Notes under the pieces: generated by a model
The model's database searches: none
What the model was told of the DNA's origin: nothing
What the model saw: the letters and a program-made list of their open reading frames with translations, nothing else
Assembly: GCA_023131935.1 (NCBI GenBank)
Contig: JAGLYY010000224.1
Span: forward strand, 1-34,774
Origin: Spirochaetales bacterium
GTDB taxonomy: Bacteria > Spirochaetota > Spirochaetia > JAGLYY01
Length of the DNA: 34,774 nt
Reading direction: 5' to 3'
In this document: one piece after another, positions 27,101 through 34,774 of the stretch
Layout of the letters: every line of letters starts with the position of its first letter
How positions within the stretch are numbered: position 1 is the stretch's first letter
Made by a program: the position numbers and the translations under genes

Positions 27101-28427
27101 CATCCCTCCCCTTTTCAATAATCATGGAAATTTCATTGAGATCCGTTCCCCCCGCGGAAAAATCAGCAACTGAGACAAGCGCTCTGTTTCCATCTCTGCG
27201 GATAATCATGGAACCTGAAAGGAGGGCGTCAGGTCGATAGGGAATATCCCAGATATGCAACCTCCCCGAGGGGATAAAGGATTGCATATTCAGATCCCCC
27301 GCAAACTTCAGATTCCCCAGGGGAGACCGTATTTTAAGGTCCTGAATATTCATCCATCTGTTATCTCCAGCCAGGAGCGCCCTTACCTTGAGGGGGGCAG
27401 GTAAAAACCGGTTATCGAGAAGCAGGTTGAGGTCTGTAGAGTAAACAAGGGCCCCGCTATCAAAGGTATAGAAAAGATTTGCTCTGCCTGAAATTTGGCT
27501 CGAAAGCCATGGCCGAATCATAGAGAGATCTGATCCGGGAATAACCAGATCAGAGGGATTGAAATTTTCCGAGTTGAAAGAAAGATCCAGGGTCCCGGTA
27601 TCCACTTCATAAACAAGTTTGAGATCAATAGGGGATTTATCCTGAATTTTTGTAACGCTCCAACTCCCCTCCGCGAGGGTAATTGCAAAGGATTGCTTTT
27701 TAAGCCGGAACATATTCGAGTCGAAGGTATGTAATTTCAGGTTCAAGGTAGCGTGTAGAAAATCTTCGGTAAATGATCCTTTAAGGGAAAACCTGGTTTG
27801 CGCGGAGGTAAAACCAAATAGAGAATCTGAGGCAGAAAAACTCAACCTCCCTCGACCGGTAAGTTGATTCGAGGAAGGAGAAAATGAAAAATAGAGCTTT
27901 TCCAGGTGAACCTCCCCCTCCGGAAACGCTATACTGATGGAAAGATTTTTCCCTGAAAAGCGAATATCCGGAGCCTTTACACCACCATTACTACCATCCC
28001 CGGCCTGTATAATATCCTGAATCAGGGTGAGAATATCCTCATCACGTTCCATATCGATATGAATGGAGGAATTTTCAACGCTGATCTCTTTCACCGCTTC
28101 ATTGAACATGCCGGAAAGCAGGGCCCTGAGACGGTAATAGATCTTGAGTCTCCGGATGGAGAGAATCTTGTTTTCAGGTGCCGCTTTATCGAAAATTGAT
28201 AACTCCCGAACTTCAAGAAAACGGAAAATTGAGGGGGAGAGACTCTCGTACGTGATTCCCCGGTTGGTGATATCTTCCAAAGAGGCCATGAATTCACTTT
28301 TCAGCATTGCCAACTGCTGATCGATCTTTTTCTGGATCGGCAAGATGGCTATGACCGTGAGGACAACCAGGATTACAAAGAGACAAACCTGGATAAAATG
28401 TATCTGACCAATTTCTAGCTTCTTCAA
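24153..28427 (-). CDS. tamB: Translocation/assembly module TamB (AsmA-like/DUF490) protein
   Basis: 1424 aa with an N-terminal TM anchor and a beta-rich body. C-terminal TamB-like region (LTGDISIRGG..YYFKRNF..GLISF...DPVLTARA; GKYFGEDLFL; SWEFSY). Directly upstream of bamA; TTG start uncertain. Confidence 0.85.
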   Translation of the reverse strand: MKKLEIGQIHFIQVCLFVILVVLTVIAILPIQKKIDQQLAMLKSEFMASLEDITNRGITYESLSPSIFRFLEVRELSIFDKAAPENKILSIRRLKIYYRLRALLSGMFNEAVKEISVENSSIHIDMERDEDILTLIQDIIQAGDGSNGGVKAPDIRFSGKNLSISIAFPEGEVHLEKLYFSFSPSSNQLTGRGRLSFSASDSLFGFTSAQTRFSLKGSFTEDFLHATLNLKLHTFDSNMFRLKKQSFAITLAEGSWSVTKIQDKSPIDLKLVYEVDTGTLDLSFNSENFNPSDLVIPGSDLSMIRPWLSSQISGRANLFYTFDSGALVYSTDLNLLLDNRFLPAPLKVRALLAGDNRWMNIQDLKIRSPLGNLKFAGDLNMQSFIPSGRLHIWDIPYRPDALLSGSMIIRRDGNRALVSVADFSAGGTDLNEISMIIEKGRDALDFSFSGMLFDSPGENLIEGDGFLQLKPDLFLQASVAAKNIPVADAVEIFTGESRVPGLKLSGEAFISTDFERVSFASPRIEITSTENRENQLTLAFSGTRDGITVKDLSLFWNGFTAEGDFSSEFGEKGSLAFSTDFMVQEIPYNIQGMYYPGTGILLSGLYNFRGEMSFDGEGGVRGRLFAEDMPIPFREMQANLDITASYKNASSWEVSFRDTGVKGLPIGQRLHTLVLTGNFTPDGGTIQKIHLANELTELIGNGQIRTLISSRHRDISGWIQLESTSSDEAYSVIMDINGSQLDGRIEIIDSPLKRFGELPLSGLVSSSVIIEGSLSSPLITADFDLPSGRLIQDPINLSGTAIYQDGVLNLSNIHGKYLSSTLTATSLSTDFRKGELLLSGLFSGRFDEKKLAANFSARGEFIPEIFESGGIPDFNGVFDLNKIYVDNSPVDPWNMTFKGKEGKLSFHGGPQESIIGSLNEKGSFTVTLKDPLPLSCEIEGRLEGTNIEAAVNDIDLDFMVLDTLIKIPFFRIKEGHGTGNLRITGQINDPDIWGIVKATDVYAETDISPDRLGPFRTDLQFQGKRFFMEDVDIPIDQGMVRGDIYFTLDHWVPKDVDIALHVYGHQGLYIEYIFADVEVYGWVKGDFTIKADQFSTILGGDLIAHDTSIAIGRQAEVMVKPDKNLPDLMVDLNIASAQNVEFVWPSRTLPILRSFADTGQEVSIIYDGSSYTFSLTGDISIRGGQIYYFKRNFYIREGLISFNEDQTKFDPVLTARAEIREISTSGEDIKISLIVDGDPFSRFSPRFVSSPPMSGSEIVSLLGASILSQEGDLSLGSAIMLTSDIVGQFGVIQTFEERIKDLLHLDLFSIRTQMLSNVLLEKVLEPERGEGVENSSIGRYLDNTTLFLGKYFGEDLFLEALIQISTENRLPGSGLGEGLLVDSEVSLEWKTPLFLLELSVLPDFTDLFSSITNTSLGFSWEFSY

Positions 28428-28496
28428 AAAGTCTACCTAACCGGTATTTTTCAGAGTTAAAGCCCCCTGCTCTGCCGGGATGCTTTATCACTTAAT

Positions 28497-28525
28497 AAGA
28501 TACCATATTCTCTGAATGGTTACAA
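28497..28525 (-). promoter_or_regulatory. Putative sigma70 promoter for tamB-bamA-skp
   Basis: TTGTAA-N17-TATCTT with extended TGg on the minus strand. Confidence 0.5.
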
Positions 28526-28576
28526 AAGGGTGATGTTTTCCCCATGAGTACCCGATTTATTTCCCATGAGTTTTGC

Positions 28577-28605
28577 TTCACACCTCTAATCAAATCAGGT
28601 ATGAT
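28577..28605 (+). promoter_or_regulatory. Putative sigma70 promoter for tmk (very short leader)
   Basis: TTCACA-N17-TATGAT, ending 10 nt before ATG 28616. Confidence 0.5.
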
Positions 28606-28615
28606 GCCAGATATT

Positions 28616-29242
28616 ATGAGATGTATATTGGAAAACTTCATCGTTATTGAGGGGCTCGACGGATCGGGCACTACAACACAACTGGAAAAACTCGCAAACC
28701 GGATTGGAGAGGAACGGTGTGCGGTTACCTTTGAGCCAACCGATGGAGCTATCGGGCTTTTAATCAGACAGGTTCTCCGTCACGAGGTAACCCTAACTCC
28801 GCAAGCCATCGCCCGGCTTTTCTCAGCTGACAGGGGAGAACATATAGAGAGCCCTGCCACCGGGATCAGGGCAATAGCCGGAGAGGGAAAACTGGTAATC
28901 TGTGACCGATACCTGTTCTCCTCCCTCGCGTACCAATCCCCCGATTGCGGCTGGGATTTCGTATTCTCCCTGAACGAAAGCTTTCCCCTCCCGGAGATCC
29001 TCCTCTTTCTGGATGTTCCTCCTGCACTATGCCAAAAGCGGATGGAGGTCAGGAATGGCAAAGAACTCTATGAAGATCTGTCAAGGCAGGAGGCCATTCT
29101 CCATAACTACAAACGGAGTTTTGAGGCTTTCTCTCAGACTGGAATGAAACTTCACGTAATAAACGGAACGGTCTCGCCGGAAGAAATACACGAAAATATG
29201 TGGAATATACTGTCAGAACATCCGTCATTGCTCCGATATTAG
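28616..29242 (+). CDS. tmk: Thymidylate kinase (dTMP kinase)
   Basis: FIVIEGLDGSGTTTQ, TFEPT, LFSADR, VICDRYLFSSLAYQ and PEILLFLDVPP. Start set at ATG 28616 so the protein begins just before the P-loop strand. Confidence 0.93.
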   Translation: MRCILENFIVIEGLDGSGTTTQLEKLANRIGEERCAVTFEPTDGAIGLLIRQVLRHEVTLTPQAIARLFSADRGEHIESPATGIRAIAGEGKLVICDRYLFSSLAYQSPDCGWDFVFSLNESFPLPEILLFLDVPPALCQKRMEVRNGKELYEDLSRQEAILHNYKRSFEAFSQTGMKLHVINGTVSPEEIHENMWNILSEHPSLLRY

Positions 29243-29246
29243 GAGT

Positions 29247-29843
29247 GTGAAACGGGTTCTTTCTCTCTTAATTCTCCTCACATTTCTCGCTTCTCCACTG
29301 TACTCTTACAAGATCCTTTACGCTGAGCAGTTCTATAAACTTTTCCATACCCATTTTTACCAGTATCCCGAAGATCTGAATGAGAATATCTGGTATCTCG
29401 AGCAGGCCTTAAAATCCGATTTCGTCAACCCCCAGAACGCCCTTGCCCGCATAGAGAACCCTGATGAATGGGAAAAGTACCGTTACCTCTTTTATATGCA
29501 TGTAAACCTGAAACTCCTGGAACAGTTCAGGCTTCTTGGCAGTAAATATGATAAACGGGTCGCTTATTTCTATAATTATCCATGGAAACATCAGAACCTG
29601 GACAGTCTCCGGTACGCTGAATCCTATTACCAGGCAGCTCTCTACTATTGGGAGCAGGCTTTGTACTGGTCAGAAAAGGCTTCCGGGTTACCCTACTATC
29701 TCGAAGAGATTCAGAACTGGCATGATGAACATTACCGGATTCGAACAGGAGACCTGGATTATAAAAAATTTATATCGATGGACCTCGATCGGCTGCGGAA
29801 GGTGCGGGCAGATTTCGAGGCCATGGATGAATCAACCTATTAG
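29247..29843 (+). CDS. Secreted Tyr/Trp-rich alpha-helical hypothetical protein
   Basis: AGGAG immediately upstream of a GTG start, signal peptide MKRVLSLLILLTFLASPLYS, fills the gap between tmk and queA. Confidence 0.8.
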   Translation: MKRVLSLLILLTFLASPLYSYKILYAEQFYKLFHTHFYQYPEDLNENIWYLEQALKSDFVNPQNALARIENPDEWEKYRYLFYMHVNLKLLEQFRLLGSKYDKRVAYFYNYPWKHQNLDSLRYAESYYQAALYYWEQALYWSEKASGLPYYLEEIQNWHDEHYRIRTGDLDYKKFISMDLDRLRKVRADFEAMDESTY

Positions 29844-30860
29844 TTATTCTATGAACATGGCATCTCCATAGGAGAAAAACCGGTATTCCCTTTTAATAGC
29901 TTCGTTATATGCATTGAAAATATGCTCTTTTCCGGCAAAAGCGCTCACGAGCATAAGCAGGCTGGATTCCGGAGTATGAAAATTGGTGAGCAATTGGTCC
30001 ACTACCTTGAAAGAATAGCCTGGATAGATAAACAGGTTTGTACTGCTTCTCCCCGGAAATATTCTGCCCTCTTTCCATGAAGATTCTAGGGTTCGCACTG
30101 CTGTTGTCCCGACAGCTACGATCTTGCGGCCCTCTTTCTTAGCCCGATTTATCGACTCCGCGGTGACTTCAGGGACTTCGTAGGTTTCTTCATGTATTTC
30201 ATGGTCTTCAAGGTATTCGGCCCTTACAGGAAGGAATGTCCCAAGGCCAACGTGGAGAGTGACAAATCGTACCTCCACCCCCCTCTTCCTGGTTTTTTCA
30301 AGGATTTCATCGGTAAAATGGAGACCGGCAGTAGGGGCCGCGGCTGAACCGGTAGATTTTCCAAAAACTGTCTGATACCTGTCGGAATCCTCCCGGGTAT
30401 CTTCTCTCCTGATGTACGGAGGCAGGGGGATATGGCCGTGGAAATCCAGCCAATCATCATCGACCTCTTTGTCGAATTTGATAATCCGCATGGGACCCTC
30501 AATTCCGATGATTTCTCCTGAACGGTTTCCGGGAAAGGTGAAAGTCTTACCAGGTCTCTGTTTTTTCGCCTTGCTTGTAAGAACACGCCAGGTCCTCTCT
30601 TCGGTTTTATTCAGGAGAAGAAACTCAACGGATCCTCCGTTTTCAGAGGTCCCAAAGAGACGGGCTTTCCGGACGCGGGAGTTATTCAGAACGATGATAG
30701 ATCCCGGTTCAAGGAGGCCGGGAAACTTGTTGATGGTGGTATGTTCTGTCTTCCCGGAACCTCTTTCAAGGATGAGTAATCTGCTGGTACCCCTCTCTTT
30801 CGGCGGCTGCTGAGCTATGAGGTTTTCCGGAAGATCAAAATAGAATTCCCTGGTCTTCAT
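29844..30860 (-). CDS. queA: S-adenosylmethionine:tRNA ribosyltransferase-isomerase
   Basis: [57 protein letters not shown] and [10 protein letters not shown]; ATG 30860. Confidence 0.97.
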   Translation of the reverse strand: MKTREFYFDLPENLIAQQPPKERGTSRLLILERGSGKTEHTTINKFPGLLEPGSIIVLNNSRVRKARLFGTSENGGSVEFLLLNKTEERTWRVLTSKAKKQRPGKTFTFPGNRSGEIIGIEGPMRIIKFDKEVDDDWLDFHGHIPLPPYIRREDTREDSDRYQTVFGKSTGSAAAPTAGLHFTDEILEKTRKRGVEVRFVTLHVGLGTFLPVRAEYLEDHEIHEETYEVPEVTAESINRAKKEGRKIVAVGTTAVRTLESSWKEGRIFPGRSSTNLFIYPGYSFKVVDQLLTNFHTPESSLLMLVSAFAGKEHIFNAYNEAIKREYRFFSYGDAMFIE

Positions 30861-31860
30861 TCTTTTTCGGTCCTTCAATTTTCAGATGCTTGTAGGCGAG
30901 TTCGGTGGCTACTCTGCCGCGGGGGGTCCGTTTCAGGAATCCCCGCTGGATGAGATAGGGTTCGTAAAAATCTTCGAGGGATTCTATCGCCTCCCCTACG
31001 GAGATCGCGAGGGTCTCTGCGCCTACAGGCCCGCCGTTGTAATGTTCGATAATCACCTTAAGGATCTGCCTGTCGTGACGCTCAAGTCCGTCGAGATCGA
31101 TCTCAAGGCGCTCCAGTCCCGTCATGATGATCTCATTTGTTACTGTTCCCGTTCCCAGGACCTGGGCAAAATCCCGCATCCTCCGCAGAAGCCGGTTGGC
31201 GACCCGCGGGGTCCCCCGTGAGCACCGGGCAAGGAGGGGGAAAGCTTCCTCCTGAACAGAGATATCAAGAATTGAAGCGGAGCGCTTGATAATAGAGATG
31301 ATCTCATTTTCATCGTAAAAATTCATCCGCACGGCAATACCGAATCTGCTGTAGAGAGGGCTCGCTACCTGCCCGGGTTTCGTTGTGGCGCCGATGAGGG
31401 TAAAAGGGGGGATCGGGATCCTGATGGAACGGGCAGAGGCACCCTGGCCGATGATCCAGTCGATCTCGAAATCCTCCATGGCGATGTACAGCATCTCTTC
31501 TAGAGCAGGTCTCAACCGGTGAATTTCATCAATAAAAAAAACAGTGTTGTCGGAAATGGTGGTGAGGAGGCCCGCAAGGTCTTTCGGTTTTTCCAGGGCC
31601 GGGGCGGAGGTCGCCTTTAACTCATAACCCATCTCATTTGCCACGATTCCGGCAAGGGTGGTTTTTCCAAGCCCCGGGGGGCCGGAGAGAAACACATGGT
31701 CGAGGGGCTCTTTCCGTTCTCTGGCGGCGGTAATGAAAACCGAAAGGTTTTCCTTGAGGGCGGTTTGTCCCTGAAAATCTTTCAAATACTGGGGCCGCAG
31801 CGCATGGTCCCTTGAATCCTCTTCCCTTGGATAACCGGTTAATATTTTTTCGTCACTCAT
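30835..31860 (-). CDS. ruvB: Holliday junction branch migration ATPase RuvB
   Basis: [43 protein letters not shown] and [17 protein letters not shown]. Confidence 0.99.
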   Translation of the reverse strand: MSDEKILTGYPREEDSRDHALRPQYLKDFQGQTALKENLSVFITAARERKEPLDHVFLSGPPGLGKTTLAGIVANEMGYELKATSAPALEKPKDLAGLLTTISDNTVFFIDEIHRLRPALEEMLYIAMEDFEIDWIIGQGASARSIRIPIPPFTLIGATTKPGQVASPLYSRFGIAVRMNFYDENEIISIIKRSASILDISVQEEAFPLLARCSRGTPRVANRLLRRMRDFAQVLGTGTVTNEIIMTGLERLEIDLDGLERHDRQILKVIIEHYNGGPVGAETLAISVGEAIESLEDFYEPYLIQRGFLKRTPRGRVATELAYKHLKIEGPKKNEDQGILF

Positions 31861-31879
31861 CTACCTGAATTTCCTTATT

Positions 31880-32443
31880 TCAACCAGTACTCAGAAGAAT
31901 AATGGCTTTCCGAAAAATCTCCTGCTCCGAATCTTCCGATGCCCGGGCAGTTTTGAGGGCTTCAGCGGCCTTCCTCCGGTCAAATCCCATTTCAACCAGG
32001 GCATGAACAAGTTCGTCGGGAGTACCATCGGTCTCCTCCGCAATCTTCAGTTTCCCCCGGAGAGCAAGGATAATCTTTGAAGCGGTTTTTTTCCCGAGGC
32101 CGGGGATTCTGCTTAAACCATCGACATCCTCACGATCCAGGGTACCGAGAAATTCTTCAACTCCCATTCCCGAAAGGATTCGCAGAGATTGTTTTGGGCC
32201 AATCCCGCCTACTTTCAGAAGTTCGAGAAAAACAGAACGTTCCTCTTCGGTCCGAAACCCGTAGAGCTTCATAATATCTTCCCGGTGATGAAGGTACGTA
32301 ATGACTTTGACTTCTCTACCGGTATCCCCGATAGCACCGAGAGCTATGATGGGCATGTGGATTTCCCATTCCAGGTGACCGGATTGAAGGTAGAGAACAC
32401 CATCACCCTTTTTTATAATTGTGCCGGCAAGACTATTGATCAT
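31880..32443 (-). CDS. ruvA: Holliday junction DNA-binding subunit RuvA
   Basis: HREDIMKLYGF, LLKVGGIGPK, IPGLGKKTASKI and ALVEMGF. Confidence 0.96.
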   Translation of the reverse strand: MINSLAGTIIKKGDGVLYLQSGHLEWEIHMPIIALGAIGDTGREVKVITYLHHREDIMKLYGFRTEEERSVFLELLKVGGIGPKQSLRILSGMGVEEFLGTLDREDVDGLSRIPGLGKKTASKIILALRGKLKIAEETDGTPDELVHALVEMGFDRRKAAEALKTARASEDSEQEIFRKAIILLSTG

Positions 32444-32943
32444 GATGGTAGTTCTCCAATTCGTTCAATCGAAACCCCCTGGTTGTAACAGCAGATCGCG
32501 GCAGCAATTGCATCCGCGGCATGGTCCGGTTTTGGTATCTCCTTCAGCCCCAGAAGAAGTCTCAAGAGGTCCTGGACCTGAAATTTATCAGCCCTGCCGT
32601 TGCCGGTAATGGCTCTTTTAATTTCCTGGGGAGAATACTCAAAGATGGCAACTCCCCTCTGATGGAGGGCAAGAAGCAAAACACCGCGGGCCTGGGCAAC
32701 GGGAATAGCGCTTGTTCTGTTCCTGGCAAAAAAAATGCTCTCCACCCCCGCGGCGGAAGGGGAAAAGCGCTCAATGACATTTTGAATTTCTCTGTAGATC
32801 TTTTCCAATCGATCGCCGGTTCCCTCCCCCGGTGATGTGTGGATTGCCCCATGACCAACGAGCCGGTATCGACCATTATTAACGGCGATAACCCCCCAGC
32901 CGGTCTCGGCGAGACCGGGGTCAAGACCGAGTATAGTTTTCAC
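32440..32943 (-). CDS. ruvC: Holliday junction resolvase RuvC
   Basis: [39 protein letters not shown] and [10 protein letters not shown]. Confidence 0.97.
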   Translation of the reverse strand: MKTILGLDPGLAETGWGVIAVNNGRYRLVGHGAIHTSPGEGTGDRLEKIYREIQNVIERFSPSAAGVESIFFARNRTSAIPVAQARGVLLLALHQRGVAIFEYSPQEIKRAITGNGRADKFQVQDLLRLLLGLKEIPKPDHAADAIAAAICCYNQGVSIERIGELPS

Positions 32944-33686
32944 TCTGCGTCGGGGTCAAAATCATCAGGAATATCGATGTTTGAAGATACCGATTGAACA
33001 TCATCAAGATCATCGAGACGTTCGATAAGACGAAGTGCCTTCCGTGTGCCGTCCTCGTCGAGGTTCATCGTCGCGTCCGGGACCATGGTGATTTCCGCCA
33101 TCGAGTGGGAATAATTCTTTTCCTGCAGGGCCGAGAGCACCGCTTCAAAATCATCGGGAGCGGTAATAACCTCTATGAACCCGCCATCGTTTGTAACATC
33201 CTCAGCCCCGGCATCCAGCGCTATTTCGAACAGCTCATCAAAGGAGATCCCCTCTCCGTCAAGGCTGATAACCCCTTTTCGCTGAAAGAGGTAGGAAACA
33301 CAACCGGTTTCACCGAGACTGCCACCTCCTTTCGTCAGGATACTCCGAACATCTGCAGCGGTCCTGTTTTTATTATCGGTGAGCGTATTGATGAGGATGG
33401 CAACTCCACCGGGACCGTATGCTTCGTAGGTAAGTTCGGTATAATTCACCCCTTCCAGATCGCCGGTCCCTTTCTTGATTGCACGTTCGATATTGTCTTT
33501 GGGCATGTTCGCGGCCCGTGCTTTAATGGCCGCGGTCCTGAGGCGGGGATTGCCATCTTCATCACCACCACCCATACGGGCAGCAACGGTAATTTCCGTG
33601 ATAAGCTTGGTAAAGATCTTACCCCGCTTTGCGTCTGCGGCGCCTTTTTTATGTTTGATGGAAGCCCATTTACTGTGGCCGGACAT
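32940..33686 (-). CDS. yebC: YebC/PmpR family protein
   Basis: [46 protein letters not shown] and DDLDDVQSV; AAGGAG SD. Confidence 0.97.
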   Translation of the reverse strand: MSGHSKWASIKHKKGAADAKRGKIFTKLITEITVAARMGGGDEDGNPRLRTAAIKARAANMPKDNIERAIKKGTGDLEGVNYTELTYEAYGPGGVAILINTLTDNKNRTAADVRSILTKGGGSLGETGCVSYLFQRKGVISLDGEGISFDELFEIALDAGAEDVTNDGGFIEVITAPDDFEAVLSALQEKNYSHSMAEITMVPDATMNLDEDGTRKALRLIERLDDLDDVQSVSSNIDIPDDFDPDAE

Positions 33687-33719
33687 AGGTTCTCCTTGTT
33701 ATTGATTTCATTTGAATTG

Positions 33720-33749
33720 AATTTAGCATATAGAAAAAACAGCTGTCAA
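33720..33749 (-). promoter_or_regulatory. Putative sigma70 promoter for yebC-ruvCAB-queA
   Basis: TTGACA-N18-TAAATT with extended TGc. Confidence 0.6.
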
Positions 33750-33782
33750 GCTGAGGACCCCGCGGCTACTGAATCATCTGAT

Positions 33783-34774
33783 TCATGGCCATATAAGTGT
33801 GATGATTTCCTCCGGAACAGATTCCAGATCATCCAGGAGTTCGAGCAGGAGATTATTCATGATGAAGGTACCCTCCCGGGTAAGCGCCTTTCCGTCCTCT
33901 TTCAGATAACCCTTCTCTTTCCAACTGTTCATCCGCGGATAAATGCGGGATAATACCTCATTTCCGAACCGCAGTTCCAGATTCTCCCAGGAAATACCCG
34001 ATGTAAGTCGAAAGCCCATCATGAGGTTTTCGAAGAGGAATTCCTTTTTCGATAATGATTCAGCTTTCCCCCCCGGGATTGTACTCCGGAACATACCCCA
34101 GAGAGATTCTTCCCCTTCAAGAAACAGAGCAAAACTTCGGGGTACTTCAAGGCGCAGGACCTCTTTTCTACCCTGCTTATCTATTCCGGGAAGAGTGGAA
34201 GCTCCCGAGGGTCCGCAACCCAGGTAGGGGTCCATCCGCCAGTATCCTAAATTGTGCCGGCAGGCTTTTCCCGGTTTACTGTAATTGGATAATTCATATT
34301 TTTCATATCCGGCAGCCAGGAGCATTTCCTCTGCCTGCTCCAGCAGGATACGAACTTTCCCTTCAGCAAGAGGGATGATCCGGCCTGAACGCACACGGGT
34401 AAAAAAGGGGGTCTCCTCCTCAATCTGCAGCCCATATATTGAAATATGGTCCGGTTCAAATTCCAGTATTTTTTGAATGTCAGCTTCAAACAGCTCTTTT
34501 GTCTGATCCGGGATCCCGGTTATCAAATCGAGACTCAAATCCCCCTTCCATGATTCTTTTATCAATTCAATGGCTTTGAGAGAATCCTCCCTGTTCCCGG
34601 TACGTTCGAGCAATTCAAGGATTCCGTTATCCATGCTCTGTATTCCAAGGCTGAGACGGGTAACCCCGGATTCATTGGTTATTGATAAAAAGTCCGGTGT
34701 AATACTTTCGGGATTTGCCTCGATAGACCATTCTACCGGGGCATTACGTGTCATGGATTGTAGACTATCCAGGA
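33783..34774 (-). CDS. hemW: Radical SAM heme chaperone HemW (HemN-like), 5'-truncated by the window edge
   Basis: EANPE, RLSLGIQS, DLITGIPDQT, PDHISIYGL, YELSNYS, HNLGYW and YLGCGPSGAS. The CxxxCxxC motif lies outside the window. Confidence 0.88.
   Translation of the reverse strand, partial: LDSLQSMTRNAPVEWSIEANPESITPDFLSITNESGVTRLSLGIQSMDNGILELLERTGNREDSLKAIELIKESWKGDLSLDLITGIPDQTKELFEADIQKILEFEPDHISIYGLQIEEETPFFTRVRSGRIIPLAEGKVRILLEQAEEMLLAAGYEKYELSNYSKPGKACRHNLGYWRMDPYLGCGPSGASTLPGIDKQGRKEVLRLEVPRSFALFLEGEESLWGMFRSTIPGGKAESLSKKEFLFENLMMGFRLTSGISWENLELRFGNEVLSRIYPRMNSWKEKGYLKEDGKALTREGTFIMNNLLLELLDDLESVPEEIITLIWP

Noticed and set aside
32994-33953. 319-aa plus-strand ORF
   Set aside because: Antisense shadow of yebC and hemW, with no recognisable motifs.
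1-34774. Mobile elements, prophage, CRISPR arrays, toxin-antitoxin or defence systems, rRNA
   Set aside because: All long ORFs are accounted for by housekeeping or envelope genes, intergenic gaps are under 200 nt, and I saw no spaced direct repeats, integrase or transposase motifs by eye.

Overview
This is a densely packed bacterial housekeeping region, most likely from a spirochaete (order Spirochaetales). That assignment is an inference from gene order recalled for Borrelia and Treponema (tamB-bamA-skp-mutS-comF-rimP-nusA-infB-rbfA-truB-rpsO-pnp-lptF/G-tgt-murJ) and from sequence signatures such as the NusA C-terminal Zn ribbon. Most genes are on the minus strand in three blocks: (i) hemW(partial)-yebC-ruvC-ruvA-ruvB-queA; (ii) tamB-bamA-skp; (iii) mutS-comF and rimP-nusA-infB-rbfA-truB-rpsO-pnp-dut-lptF-lptG-tgt-murJ-HEAT repeat protein. 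Plus-strand genes are a 5'-truncated VWA/Ig-like/TM/FHA-like membrane protein, an orphan STAS anti-anti-sigma factor, tmk and a secreted Tyr-rich hypothetical protein. I found no mobile element, CRISPR array, rRNA, tRNA or defence island, and no clear-cut novel system. The best leads are the VWA-Ig-TM-degenerate-FHA protein, the exported HEAT-repeat protein coupled to murJ, a rimP leader terminator that can alternatively fold as a tRNA T-arm mimic upstream of truB, a candidate S15 leader RNA, near-leaderless mutS and tmk promoters sharing CCAGAT, a tmk P-loop without the lysine, and the absence of ribF.
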